DNA from: Takakia lepidozioides
Taxonomy: Eukaryota > Plantae > Bryophyta
DNA length: 64,000 nt
Direction of reading: 5' to 3'
Assembly (NCBI GenBank): GCA_030704615.1
Contig: CM060733.1
Coordinates: 54,002,001-54,066,000, forward strand
Below the pieces are notes generated by a model. That model did not search any database. It was not told the origin of the DNA and saw nothing but the letters and a program-made list of their open reading frames with translations. Of the stretch, positions 1 through 11,239 are shown piece by piece; position 1 is the stretch's first letter; the number at the start of each line of letters is the position of its first letter. A program made the translations under genes and the position numbers.

Positions 1-810
1 CACTGGTAGAGGACACAGATAGAGATAAATGCACTCATGAGCTACATTCTCCTAACTAGAGCAGATGCTGTATTTTATACAGACCTAGGGATCTTCCATT
101 GCATGACAATTTGGTTGGATCTGCCTTGCCTACTTCGTAGTGGATGTTGTAACTGAGCATCACCTTTACCCTCCTGCATACTCCCTCACATAGAGTGGCA
201 GTATTGAAAGCTGTCATACTGGTACTAAAGCAGCATGATATTGGAAGTGCATGTATAATACTACATTTGTGAAGCTTGCTGATCAAGGATAGAGAATGAT
301 GGCAATCAAACACCAGGAAAAGGGGAGTGCAGAAAAAAAAATTCCTGGATTGCCAGCATTAATCAACTTCTATGCTACTTTTATACCTGTTGGCTCCCTG
401 GCTATGAACATTTGGCAGTTTTTATTTTCAAATTGGCCAACTTAAGCTCTTAAGCAAGATCTTTAACTGCAAAAAAAGACTTTCCTGGGCTGTACGATGA
501 GACAGGTATACTGGTATAGCAATAGGCAAAGTGAAGCATGAAGAATTATGTGTCCACTGACACAGATTGAGATATGGGTACACAGATTGACTGACTGAAA
601 GCCCAGTGGTCTAGTGGATTTAGAGTGTATTTGAGTGTTTGAATCTTTGCAAGTCAGCCCTGTGAGAAGGTCCGTTCGCTGAGGTCCTGGGAGTGTCATG
701 CATTTGCAGGTTAGAACAGGCAGAGCATAGAGGTGAAGGGAGTCATAAGTAACTGTGAATGTCTGTTCCAAACAGAGGACTGAAGTTGTAATTTTGATGA
801 GTTGGCACAG

Positions 811-2384
811 CACAGGACAGGCAGAAGGAAAGTTTTCGGACTGTATTCTGAAGCCCGTATTCTCATGTCCCGACCCAATCCGCGGAGACCCCCATGTATT
901 TGTCCTCTGCGAGGTCTTGGAACCTGATAGCAAACCGCATGCAACCAACACCCGCCGCCTAATTGCTGACATTCTGACACAGGATGTCCTAGATGAGGAC
1001 CCCTGGTTTGGTTTTGAACAGGAATACACTATGTTCAACAAGGCTGGCAAGGTCTATGGGTGGCCTGAGAGTGGTTTCCCACATCCCCAAGGACCCTTCT
1101 ATTGTGGTGTGGGTTTGGAAGCTGTCTATGGCCGGCCACTTGTGGAGGCTCATCTGGATGCATGCATCAAGGTACTTTTGCTAAGGTTAAAATTCACTAT
1201 TGCATTTCCTGTGAGATGCTAACTCAGGGGACCATCATGACAAGGAGAGGTTAAGTGAGTTTAGTTCTGAAAGTTCGGTCATATTGTTGACCACTAGAAG
1301 CATGCCCTGTCTGTTGACGTTTTGCTGGTAAGTATGCAAACGGCCAAGATCTAAAGTCTGTGAGGGTGGAAAAATCCCCTTACAATATATCTCTCAACCT
1401 CAGACACTTTAAAAAACTGGAGGTAACATCAAATCCTGAAAAAGTGTCACTGCCCTTTCGTCTTCAAAGCCAGCTGGGCCATTTCATCCATTATATGCAT
1501 GTTTTGCACTCATTGTTTTGCATGGGTTCTTACGTCAATTTTCTTGGATGTATAGGCTGGGTTGAAAATCAGTGGCATCAATGCTGAGGTTATGCCAGGG
1601 CAATGGGAGTTCCAAATTGGGCCAGCAGGGCCACTTGAAGTGGGTGATCATGTGATGATTGCCCGCTGGCTGCTTCACCGTCTTGGTGAAGACTTCGGAA
1701 TCACTAGCACCTTTGAGCCAAAGCCCATGGATGGTGATTGGAATGGTGCAGGGGCGCATACAAACTACTCCACCAAGTCAATGAGGTTGGATGGTGGTAT
1801 GAAGGCCATCGAGGCTGCAATTGAGAAGCTCTCAAAGAAGCACAGTGAGCACATTGCTCAGTACGGCCTCGGCAATGAACGGCGCCTCACAGGTAAAGAC
1901 TGTACTTTCTAGTATGAAAAACATCGCAAAGAGTTTGTGTAATATGATGATTTGAGCCCACTTTTTCCAGGTAGTATTTGATCTTGGAGTTTTTGTTGGA
2001 CTCTTTATGGTACACCAATATCCTGCATCTACTCAGCCGAATATATGATGCACGCAAGCAATACCTCTTCTGTAGTCTCCTGCCTGCTCCTATTTCCCTA
2101 TTGCAAAGCAAATGAATGTGTCAAGTAAAAGCCTTGTCAAAGTATATTTTGACATCCTACTGCAACATTAGTGGTGCTAACTATATGGTCTATCCACAGG
2201 AAAGCATGAGACTGCAAACATCAGCACATTCAAGTCAGGGGTGGCTGACCGTGGGGCCTCTATTCGCATCCCTCTCCCAGTGTCTCTCGCTGGCAAAGGT
2301 TATCTGGAAGACCGACGACCAGCAGCCAATGTCGACCCATATGTGGTGGCCCGCATGCTCATTCAAACCACATTGAAGAATTAG
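811..2384 (+). CDS. GSIIB: Glutamine synthetase type II, bacterial-like GSIIB subtype; 3' exons only (811-1171, 1556-1892, 2200-2384), 5' exon(s) not identified, presumably upstream of the window
   Basis: Spliced translation [17 protein letters not shown]...WFGFEQEYT...[10 protein letters not shown]...[18 protein letters not shown]...[13 protein letters not shown]...[11 protein letters not shown]...[12 protein letters not shown]...[19 protein letters not shown] junctions keep the frame; TAG at 2382-2384. Confidence 0.95.
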
Positions 2385-5111
2385 GTGCATTCTAGTCCTG
2401 GTTGCAGGGATGGTTGATTATTTGTCTTATCAGGTGAGCACTAGGTACTGTCACCTAGAGGTCAAAGGTAAGATCATTGATCATTTTAAAATTTTGAGGC
2501 CTTACAGGATGTCTCGCTGTTCTTACACAGGCCTGCAAATCCATGCTATGGCCATAGGCCAAAAAAAATTAATGCACCTATGTTTGGGGCGCCAAATGTT
2601 GTATTGTGGTTTGTCTGCTCCTCGTGGCCCACACTGTAATGCTATGTGGTGCCCAATCTTGCAGGGTTGTGTGTTGCAAGCCAAGCCAACTGCTTTGAGC
2701 ACCTAACATGCCTTTCAGAGTTGTAATTGTTCATCGCTTTAAAACTCTTCACAATCTGTATGCACTTCTGCGCCTTTGCCTTCCTACACACATTTGTACG
2801 CATGAATAGTGTCCTGCCCACCTTCTGTTGTGTTGGACTTAGTTACGGATAATTTCAAGGGAAGCACTTTGTGTGGACTGAGATTTGGTGCCCCATTTGC
2901 AGTTAAATGCCTCAGTTTCAAACATCTTAAACATGGTGCTGGTGTTCAGTCTCTCTCCCTTTGATACCTTTGGCGCTGGCCCTCCTTTCTCTTTCTCTCT
3001 CTTAGACTGGGATTTTAACAGGAAGCCTACCTTGAACCAAAAACAGATGCAGAGAAGAAGAGGAGATTGCCTGATGTGCGGGCAGCCTGAAGACAATATC
3101 CTTTTCTCTGATACATTGTCCGGGATACTCTCACGAGAGAGTGACCCTCTTTAGGACAATCCAGGGCGTTGTCCCTGCACCTCTGTCCGCCAACTTTCAA
3201 AATCTTCAGGCTGAGCCTAAAGCCCTGGCTCTGTTGGAGTCTAATTGCTGGTCTGCTCACACAGAGCAAGTTGATGTGTGTGTGAATGTCTTTCTAGAGG
3301 ATATCTGGAAAACCCGAACTGCTTGTCTCTGTGAAGGTAAGTCACACTATAGAAGTGAGCCCCTTAAGAAGATAGTACCTGTTCCCTTTTGTTCCGCTCA
3401 AACTGTGTGCGGGGTCGATGGTCACAAGGCTACTGCAAACGTGCTCTTCTGGTTAGACTCTCTCCCTCCCTCCCTCCCTGCTCACTCCCTGCTCAGTAGC
3501 CCCTTGCCCGCCACCCTCTCTGCTCACCGCTGCCTCTCCTTAGTTTTCCTTTGCCTGCAACAAGATCAGCCCAAATGAAAGGTGGGAGAGCCAAAGGAAA
3601 GTGTGAAATGAGAGAGGGAGGAATAATGGGAGAGACTCTCTAGTGTTCAGTTTTGCTTTGGGCCCAAAAATTTAAAATAAGATCTGCAAAGCTAAGTGCT
3701 TCATCTATGTATGGGCTAAGGCCTCGAGAGCCTTAGGATTTATGTTTCGAGGTCCCCGATCATAGTTGAGCAGTAATTCCAGCGAATAATTCTCTTTATC
3801 TCTGTACTGTCTGACATGTTACCACTGTAAATAATACAGCTGAAAAGATAAAGGACAAGTCAGACAAGGGCATTTCCATTACATGGAACATCCTAAAAAT
3901 GGGGACGGGTACCTTTCAGATCATGGAATGCAGCCATTCCATGACCTGAATATGAAGCAGGAATTTTTATTTGAGGTTCCCTATGCACATTGCATGTAAC
4001 CAGGCTAAATGACAACTTCCCAAATTGTGCAATGATGGGAGAGGCAGCAGATGAGCATTGTGTGATCACAACATTTGTTACCGTGGCAGCGGTCATGTGA
4101 ATGTAACTCTGCAGGAACACCTACTTTGCTGATGTACATTTAATCGTCGACAAATGTTAGCCCATGGTTAGCCCTTGGAATACTCAAAAATAACATATGT
4201 AGGGTTGGATGAGGTTGGGTATCTCGAGCGAAATAGGTTATTCCATACTCTAGAGTATGCAGAAAATGTGTTATGACGAAACAAAAATGCTCTTGCTTGA
4301 TTGATGGAATCCAGCTCATAAAATGATACTTTAGTTAAATCTAGCTGTTGAGAGCTGTTGCTACCACTACACAAGTATTCCAAAAAATAATCTTGTCATT
4401 CCATGGGGTCCATGGCTAAGATATGATGAGGACAGGCTCCTCAACACCTATCATTAGGACTTTCCAGGCTAACTTTCTATAAACTCTCCCGTTTCTGGTT
4501 TTCTCAAAGTGTTCTGTGTACTGTGATGAAGTAAGCCATACGCCCGCGATGCAGAGTAGTCCCCTAAGAATTTTTCGACGTGAAAGGCCGCATCCAATTT
4601 ACGCCACATCAATCAATAACCAAATACCCAAATACCATTACAAACTTTCAAGTGGACCATGGGATTAGATCTTGGTGAGTTGAGGCTAGCTTCGAACAAC
4701 ATTCATGCAAGCTAGTAAAGGGCTCTATCTGAAGCAGCACCAAGAGAAACATATAAACATGTCCAAGTTAAGATGCTGAACAAACTTGTGCACGAAGCTG
4801 CCCTCTATCAAGCTTATAACGGCTCGTATTCACGCTTCGAAGTAGCTCCACCATCCACACCGAATTAGGACAGCACCTGATTTCCTTCCACTATCACCAT
4901 AGTCAGTCAAAATCCCCCTTCACTGATTACCTGCTCCAGTCAATTGCAATTATGGGCCGACTTCCCATCTATGCTGGATACAACCCGCTACCCTTTTCTG
5001 TGGATATGCCACAGGAAATGCCCTCAACAGTACATCATGGTCAATATTGGATTAATTGAGTAGCTCCGCAGACCAATGAATGAAGCAAGACACTGACACC
5101 TTTTACATTGT

Positions 5112-5517
5112 TCACCAGTAATCCCCACAAGAACAAACCCCATCTTTGAAGTGGTGAAAGCAGTTAGCATCCCGTACAACAATTGCTCGGCCCACAATCT
5201 TTGAGATGAACTTGGTGGAGGTGTGGCAGTTGCCACACACCCGAAGATTCTTGATGAGACGGAGAGGCGTCCTAGGGGCTGTGCTGATGAGCCCAACACC
5301 AATGGCCAGGTCCCACATAATGCAATACAAAGCGCCCGTCAGGCACATACCCTGCCTCCTTCATCTGCCCAGACAATCTTCTCAGCTCAGCATGCATTTC
5401 CTCAATTTTTGGATGCGATTTCTCATCAACAACAAAGCTGTGCACCCTGTTGCCGACCTCAATGCAGCAGGAACCTAGCTCCTTTCTAACCCCTCTGACC
5501 TTCATCATTTTTCTCAC
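5112..5517 (-). pseudogene. Disrupted E2/DYW deaminase domain of the PPR gene (two deletions with frameshifts)
   Basis: KVRKMMKVRGVRKELGSCCIEV...SHP...GYVPD..FVLH is in one frame; [10 protein letters not shown]...[10 protein letters not shown]...[15 protein letters not shown] is in another. The HSE(K/R) segment is absent. Confidence 0.88.
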
Positions 5518-7595
5518 CTTTGCACCATAGAGGTTGCCACACGTTCAGCCATCTCCACATTGCAATGGATTCTGCAGGCACCGAGCAAGGCCCTCCAAAC
5601 CACAGCATCTGGTTTGATTGGCATTTTGTTAATGAAGTCCTCTGCCTCATCCAATCGCCCCGCACAGCCAAGAAGGTCCACCATGGAGCCAAAGTGTTCC
5701 ACTGCTGGAGTGATGCCATGATCTTGACTCATGGAGTCAAAGTAGTATTTGCCTTCATCCACTAGGCCAGCATGGCTACATGCAGAGAGAACACATAGGA
5801 AAGTGATACTGTCCAGCTTCAAGCCTTCCACTTGCATTTCTTCGAATAGTTGCAGGGCCTCCATATCATAACCATGCTGAGCATATCCTGCAATCATCAC
5901 ATTCCAGGATGCCACATCTCGTTCAGCCATATTGTCAAACACTCCCTCTGCATCCTTGATGCTACCACATTTGGCATACATGTCCACCAGGGTATTGTTC
6001 AGAATGACATCTGGTACAATTCCAGCTTTGACGATGTCACTATGGACCTCCTTGCCCTTTTCCAGGGCTGCCAGGCTCGCGCACGCATTGCAAACACAAA
6101 CAAACGTGACCCGGTTTGGCTTCCCCCCTTCCCGCATCATTTGCTCATACATCTGCAAAGCCTCCATCCCGCACCCATGCTGGGCATATCCTGCGATCAT
6201 TGCGCTCCAAGACACCACATTTCGTTGAGCCATATTATCAAACACTCCCTTTGCATCCACAATGCTGCTGCATTTGGCATACATGTCCACAAGGGCAGTA
6301 TTTAGAATGATATCTGGTACAATTCCAGCTTTGATGATGTCACCATGGACCTCTTTGCCCCTTTCTAGGGCTGCCAGGCTCGCACACGCATTGCAAACGG
6401 AAACAAACGTGATCCGGTCCGGCTTCACCCCTTCCCGCATCATTTGCTCGTACGTCTCCAAAGCCTCCATCCCACACCCATGCTGGGCATATCCTGCGAT
6501 CATTGCGCTCCAGGACACCACATTACGTTCAGCCATGTTGTCGAACACTCCCTTTGCATCCTTGATGCTGCCACATTTGGCATACATGTCCACCAGAGCA
6601 GTATTCAGTATGACATCTGCTACAACTCCCACTTTGAGGATGTCACCATGGACCTCTTTGCCCCTTTCCAGGGCTGCCAGGCTCCCACACGCATTGCAAA
6701 CACAAATGAATGTGACCCGGTTGGGCTTCACCTCTTCCCGCATCATTTGCTCATAGGTCTCCAGAGCCTCAATCCCACACCCATGCCGTGCATATCCTGC
6801 AATCATAGCACTCCAGGACACCACATCGCGTTCAGCCATATGGTCGAACACTCCCTTTGCATCCTCGATGCTCCCACATTTGGCATACATGTCCACAAGG
6901 GTATTGTTCAGAATAACATCTGGTACAATTCCAGCTTTGATGATGTCACCATGGACCTCTTTGCCCTTTCCCAGGGCTGCCAGGCTTGCACATGCATTGC
7001 AAATGCAAATGAACGTGACCCGGTCGGGCTTCACCCCTTCCCACATCATTTGCTCATATGTCTCCAAAGCATTCCTACCACACCCGTGCTTGGTAAATCC
7101 TGCCAGCATTATATTCCATGTGATCAAACCTCGATGAGGCATTCTGTTGAACACTCGGCGAGCATCCACGATGCTCCCGCACTTAACATACATGTTGACA
7201 AGGGTGTTGTGCAGAAAAACGTTTGGCTTGAATCCACTCTGGATAATGTGATCGTGCACCCGCTTTCCAGCTTCCAAGCCTCTCATCTTGATGCACGCAT
7301 GCAAGAGACAGACATAAGTATCTGAATCTGCTGACAAGCCTCCTTGGTTTAAAGTGTGTAGAGCATCTTTCAGTTGCCCTGCCTCACATAACATCCTCAC
7401 ATGCCCAGAAGTGCCAGAAGAGGCATTGTGGACTCCCTCTCTTGGTCCTCTTTTGGAAGCTGCGGTCATGGTCGAGGTGCATGACTTTATCAACATTGCA
7501 GATGCTGCTTCCAGTTGACCATCTACTAATGCAGGTTTCTTGTAGCTCTCAATGCACAGGGAATCACAGGTAATTTTGTGCGTGAAATTTGGCAC
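5514..7595 (-). CDS. PLS-class pentatricopeptide repeat protein (organellar RNA-editing factor type); ORF terminates in the E region
   Basis: 693-aa ORF with repeated P-L-S triplets (VVSWSAMIAGYAQHG, RVTFICVCNAC, LVDMYAKCGSI), then P2-L2-S2 and the E1 start (VVWRALLGACRIH). The track's start is GTG, so the true start is uncertain. Confidence 0.93.
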   Translation of the reverse strand: MPNFTHKITCDSLCIESYKKPALVDGQLEAASAMLIKSCTSTMTAASKRGPREGVHNASSGTSGHVRMLCEAGQLKDALHTLNQGGLSADSDTYVCLLHACIKMRGLEAGKRVHDHIIQSGFKPNVFLHNTLVNMYVKCGSIVDARRVFNRMPHRGLITWNIMLAGFTKHGCGRNALETYEQMMWEGVKPDRVTFICICNACASLAALGKGKEVHGDIIKAGIVPDVILNNTLVDMYAKCGSIEDAKGVFDHMAERDVVSWSAMIAGYARHGCGIEALETYEQMMREEVKPNRVTFICVCNACGSLAALERGKEVHGDILKVGVVADVILNTALVDMYAKCGSIKDAKGVFDNMAERNVVSWSAMIAGYAQHGCGMEALETYEQMMREGVKPDRITFVSVCNACASLAALERGKEVHGDIIKAGIVPDIILNTALVDMYAKCSSIVDAKGVFDNMAQRNVVSWSAMIAGYAQHGCGMEALQMYEQMMREGGKPNRVTFVCVCNACASLAALEKGKEVHSDIVKAGIVPDVILNNTLVDMYAKCGSIKDAEGVFDNMAERDVASWNVMIAGYAQHGYDMEALQLFEEMQVEGLKLDSITFLCVLSACSHAGLVDEGKYYFDSMSQDHGITPAVEHFGSMVDLLGCAGRLDEAEDFINKMPIKPDAVVWRALLGACRIHCNVEMAERVATSMVQR

Positions 7596-9259
7596 TCTTG
7601 GATGAATCTGGACCCACGCTCTATCCCTGCTCCTTCAGCTATCCCTGCCTATGCACAAATCATGTATAGATACTCACCTTGCTGCCAGCAGCTGACATTG
7701 ACAGCCTAGATTTGTTCTAGCAAAACACCCCAACCATACTTATCACACACTGGTTCTATGCTGAATTGCTCCCAGGTCCTTGAAAAAAGCGGTAGGGACA
7801 GAGAGGATGACAATTTCCAAGAAAGCTTTGCATTGCATCTTGTTCTATCTGTAATCTAAAGAGGCATTCACCTTTTTGCCTCGGTTGTCCCACCATTGAC
7901 CGGTGTCTGAAAAATATTCCTTCCAAAGCTTCTCCTCGTCTTTGTTACCTGTATTTGGATACTTACCTGTTGTGACACTGGCAGTAAAATGTCAATAGAT
8001 TCACCCAACAAGCTAACTTGCAGAATTCAACATGAAAATTTAAGGATGACTCTCATAAGAGGGCAAGGCAAAACAGGATGAAATGTTTTGAAGAAGGTAT
8101 CCTCACCGCATTTTCCTTGACCTTGATTTATGAAAACAGCTAGCTTTTCTTTCACCCACGGAGGATTCAACTGACCATCAACCCAAAAGGACCTCTTGTG
8201 TGTGCTGCTTGTGTCTTTAGTCTGGTGGCCTCGGATTGGTCTGTGACAACCACCAGTGCAGCTGAGCAGCCATAGATCTAAACATGGCCTCCTAAAACGA
8301 AGCTGACCCTCCCAAGTACCTTGTAAACACCAGAAAAATACCAAATTATGATACTGACAGGAAGAGCCCAGAATCTCAGAACAGACAAACTTCTTCAAAT
8401 CTTACATTAAGAAAGCCACACCTTGCAATTGCGGGTGTCCCACCATTGTGAAGGATCTTTAAAAAACTTATGCCAGCGCTGCTCCATGCTCTATGGTAGA
8501 CCTTTGCGCCCGAAAATCAGACAGTATAAACATTTTTGACACGTCCTTTATGGAGGAGTGCTAGTAGGTTTCAACAACATTCATGCAAGTCACTTTGGGC
8601 TCACTTTACACAAAGAGGAACATAGGAACATGTCCAAACTTACACAGATGCCAAACAAGCTTATGTCTGTAGTCTGGAGATTTGGAAGTGGCCTGTGAAA
8701 GCGACCAGGGAGCAGCTGACCAGCCACAGTCTCAACACTCCCAAGTAGCTTGCAAACTCCCAGGAAAAGACCTTGCGCATCCTACTTACATGGCCTGCTA
8801 AGGAAGAACAACCTCCACTACTTACAATAAAGAAGTTTTTGCAGAGCAAAGTGAGATTCTGACTTCACTCAGCAACTAGGGTACAATCCAATCACACAAT
8901 ATGATCATACCATAGTTCATTCAAACTCCCTCGGACTCCTTCACATCCTACACGAAGAAAGCTCACCTTGTCAAGGCTACTTTCCCACCATTGTGAGGGA
9001 TCTTTAAAGAACTCTTTCCAGCGCTGTTCCATGCTCCAGCGTTGACCTACACGCCAGATATACCAATTATCGATTCACGTCCGCTTTCTTGCTTCTTTGC
9101 CCCTGGAGTACATTTGTTTCTTCTGAATTGCGCAAAAGACAATTCGGAGCCTGGATCCTATGGCGCGGGCATACAACACAGCCGCCTAGTATTTCGTGTT
9201 CTGACCTAATTTGAATGGCATCTCTGACACAGCCATAGCCACCATTGCCAAGGGGGATG

Positions 9260-9540
9260 CCCTCTCACCATGCCAGTGACAATCTCATACATAGAAGAGA
9301 TGGCACACAGGATGTCTGGAGGGACTTCCACTCTATGGAGCCGTTGGAAGAGAAGGTCCCGAGGAACTGAATCAAAGGCTTTGTGAAAGTCCACGAAGCA
9401 AACATAGACCATTCTTTTGTCATAGCGTGCACTTTCCACCATAACTTGAAGAGTGAAGATGTGGTCAATAGTGGATCGGTTTCGACGGAAACCAGCCTGT
9501 CCCTCAGCACGAATGCGAGAGTACTCAGCCCAATCATCCA
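9260..9540 (-). mobile_element. Non-LTR retrotransposon (RTE/RTEX-like LINE) reverse transcriptase fragment
   Basis: WAEYSRIRAEGQAGFRRNRSTIDHIFTLQVMVES...CFVDFHKAFDSVPRDLLFQRL matches LINE RT domains 2-3. Confidence 0.85.
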
Positions 9541-9544
9541 GAAA

Positions 9545-9589
9545 GAAATGAAATGAGATGAAATGAAATGGAAATGGAAATGGAAATGG
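9545..9589. repeat. (GAAAT/GGAAAT)n microsatellite
   Basis: gaaatgaaatgagatgaaatgaaatggaaatggaaatggaaatgg. Confidence 0.9.
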
Positions 9590-10734
9590 TGCTTTATTTG
9601 AAAGAAAGAAACCAGCCCTTTCATCCGCTGCAAATCATCTGTTATATGCGCGAATCATTCTTATGCTCTGAAGCTTGACAAATTGAACGCAACACCCCTC
9701 TCAACAATCGGAAAAGGAAAACGACTCGCCCTTTCAAAGAGCCGCTGATACGCGGCCTTCACCTCATCCATGCTCGCATCGATCTTCGATCCCAGCTCCT
9801 CATACGCTGCTCCCACCGCCATAGGCCGATTGCTCTCGTCACTGTAGCCGCGTTTATATTGGTAAGAAACTGTCTCAAACCCTGAAACAGACTGCAAAAG
9901 AGGCCTATGAAAAATCGCCCTGAGAAGCTCTGGAGCTAGTAGAGCTGATGCATGGTCCTTGATCACAGGATTGAAGAGTGCGGAGAGGCCGCAAAGAAGT
10001 AAAAGTCCGACATGACAGGATAGAGCTTCTCTTGACACCACCATGATCTCCTCAACCTTGCAATTGCATTTCCTCAGTCAATTCTTCGGAACTGCTTCAG
10101 CCCTTCTTCTCGCTCAATCCCTCGCTCCTCATTTCAGAAGACGGTAGTTTCTACTGTAAAGATCTCCTCTCAATGTAAACGGCTGGATATTACTCTGGAC
10201 CCGTAATCGCCACTCATTGATATCCTGTTCCTTGTGAAAGAAATTGCCTGCGTCACCAACAAGGTCTCCGCTTCTATTCTGCCCTAGCTGCCTCAGGTCT
10301 GCATTCTTCCATCCTTGTTCTCTTTAGTCCCTTCGCCCTGTCGCATCGTCTCCTCCTGGAACTCGCATCCATTTAGCAGCTCGACTACTTGGTGACAGTA
10401 TCTGTGATGTCTCACACATCAACGGGGGTGTCACCACTCCAGGACTGGAATGTCTGCTTCGCCAGAAAATCGGCTGTCAAGTGAGATATTAGTCGAGAGG
10501 GAAAAAGAGAAACTCGTTAAGAATAGACTGACTGAAATGACTGGTCGGTCTAAAACCGCCATTATCAAGTGACCGAATTGAAACATGGTGCAGCACAGAT
10601 TGCATAGAGCGAGAGAGATACAGAGGTGGTGAAGCTCTCGTTCATGAACTCTAGAAACAGAATGCACACCATAACAAGCATGGAATACATGCTAGCCCTC
10701 CTTACTGTAGTTACAAATTGGTTGTAAAAACGAT

Positions 10735-10930
10735 CGACGTAATATGGAAGTTTGAATGCCAAGTAAATGGGTTTGTGGTTTGTGGTCGGTCCAATATGCT
10801 TCATTTGTTTCATACAAACAATGTTGTGTAGGTTGTAGTTTTTCATGCACGAGTGAAGCGAGTCAGATTCTCTATTAGGTTTGTGAAGATTGATTTTAAA
10901 ATCTCCGATAAAAATTTTTGGACAATTTTT
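10735..10930 (-). mobile_element. Degraded AP-endonuclease (EEP)-like fragment, probably transposon-derived
   Basis: CPKIFIGDFKINL...MKNYNL...NHKPIYLAFKLP resembles the EEP GDFN and (S/T)DHxP motifs. Confidence 0.5.
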
Positions 10931-11239
10931 CAGTGCTCTAACTTTTACAAATTTTGTAAAATGTTGTGAAGAGAAAGCGCAAAGAGAGCTAGCACGTGAG
11001 CAGATTCCCATAAGCGTGAGCACATTAGGAAAGATGAGCCTATAACCGAGGGAAAAACATGGTCTATTGCCGTGGACGCAAGCTCGCTCCCTGGGACCAA
11101 AGCTGAGCTCCAATATGCATGCAATGTTCGTTGAATGTGTGATGAAAAAATATTGGATGAATGAAAGATTGGATTTGAATGAATGTTGGATGAATGTGTG
11201 ATAAAAAAATACTGGAGGCGGCGTAACTAAGAGTCACTT

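Noticed and set aside
2839-4500. Short ORFs between GS and PPR
   Set aside because: No recognisable motifs or consistent exon chain.
5112-5517. U-to-C (DYW:KP) editing factor
   Set aside because: It retains SHP and terminal DYW and looks like a degenerate C-to-U PG-type domain; the diagnostic catalytic segment is deleted.
5520-7325. Plus-strand ORFs (up to 293 aa) opposite the PPR gene
   Set aside because: Antisense shadows of the repetitive PPR coding sequence.
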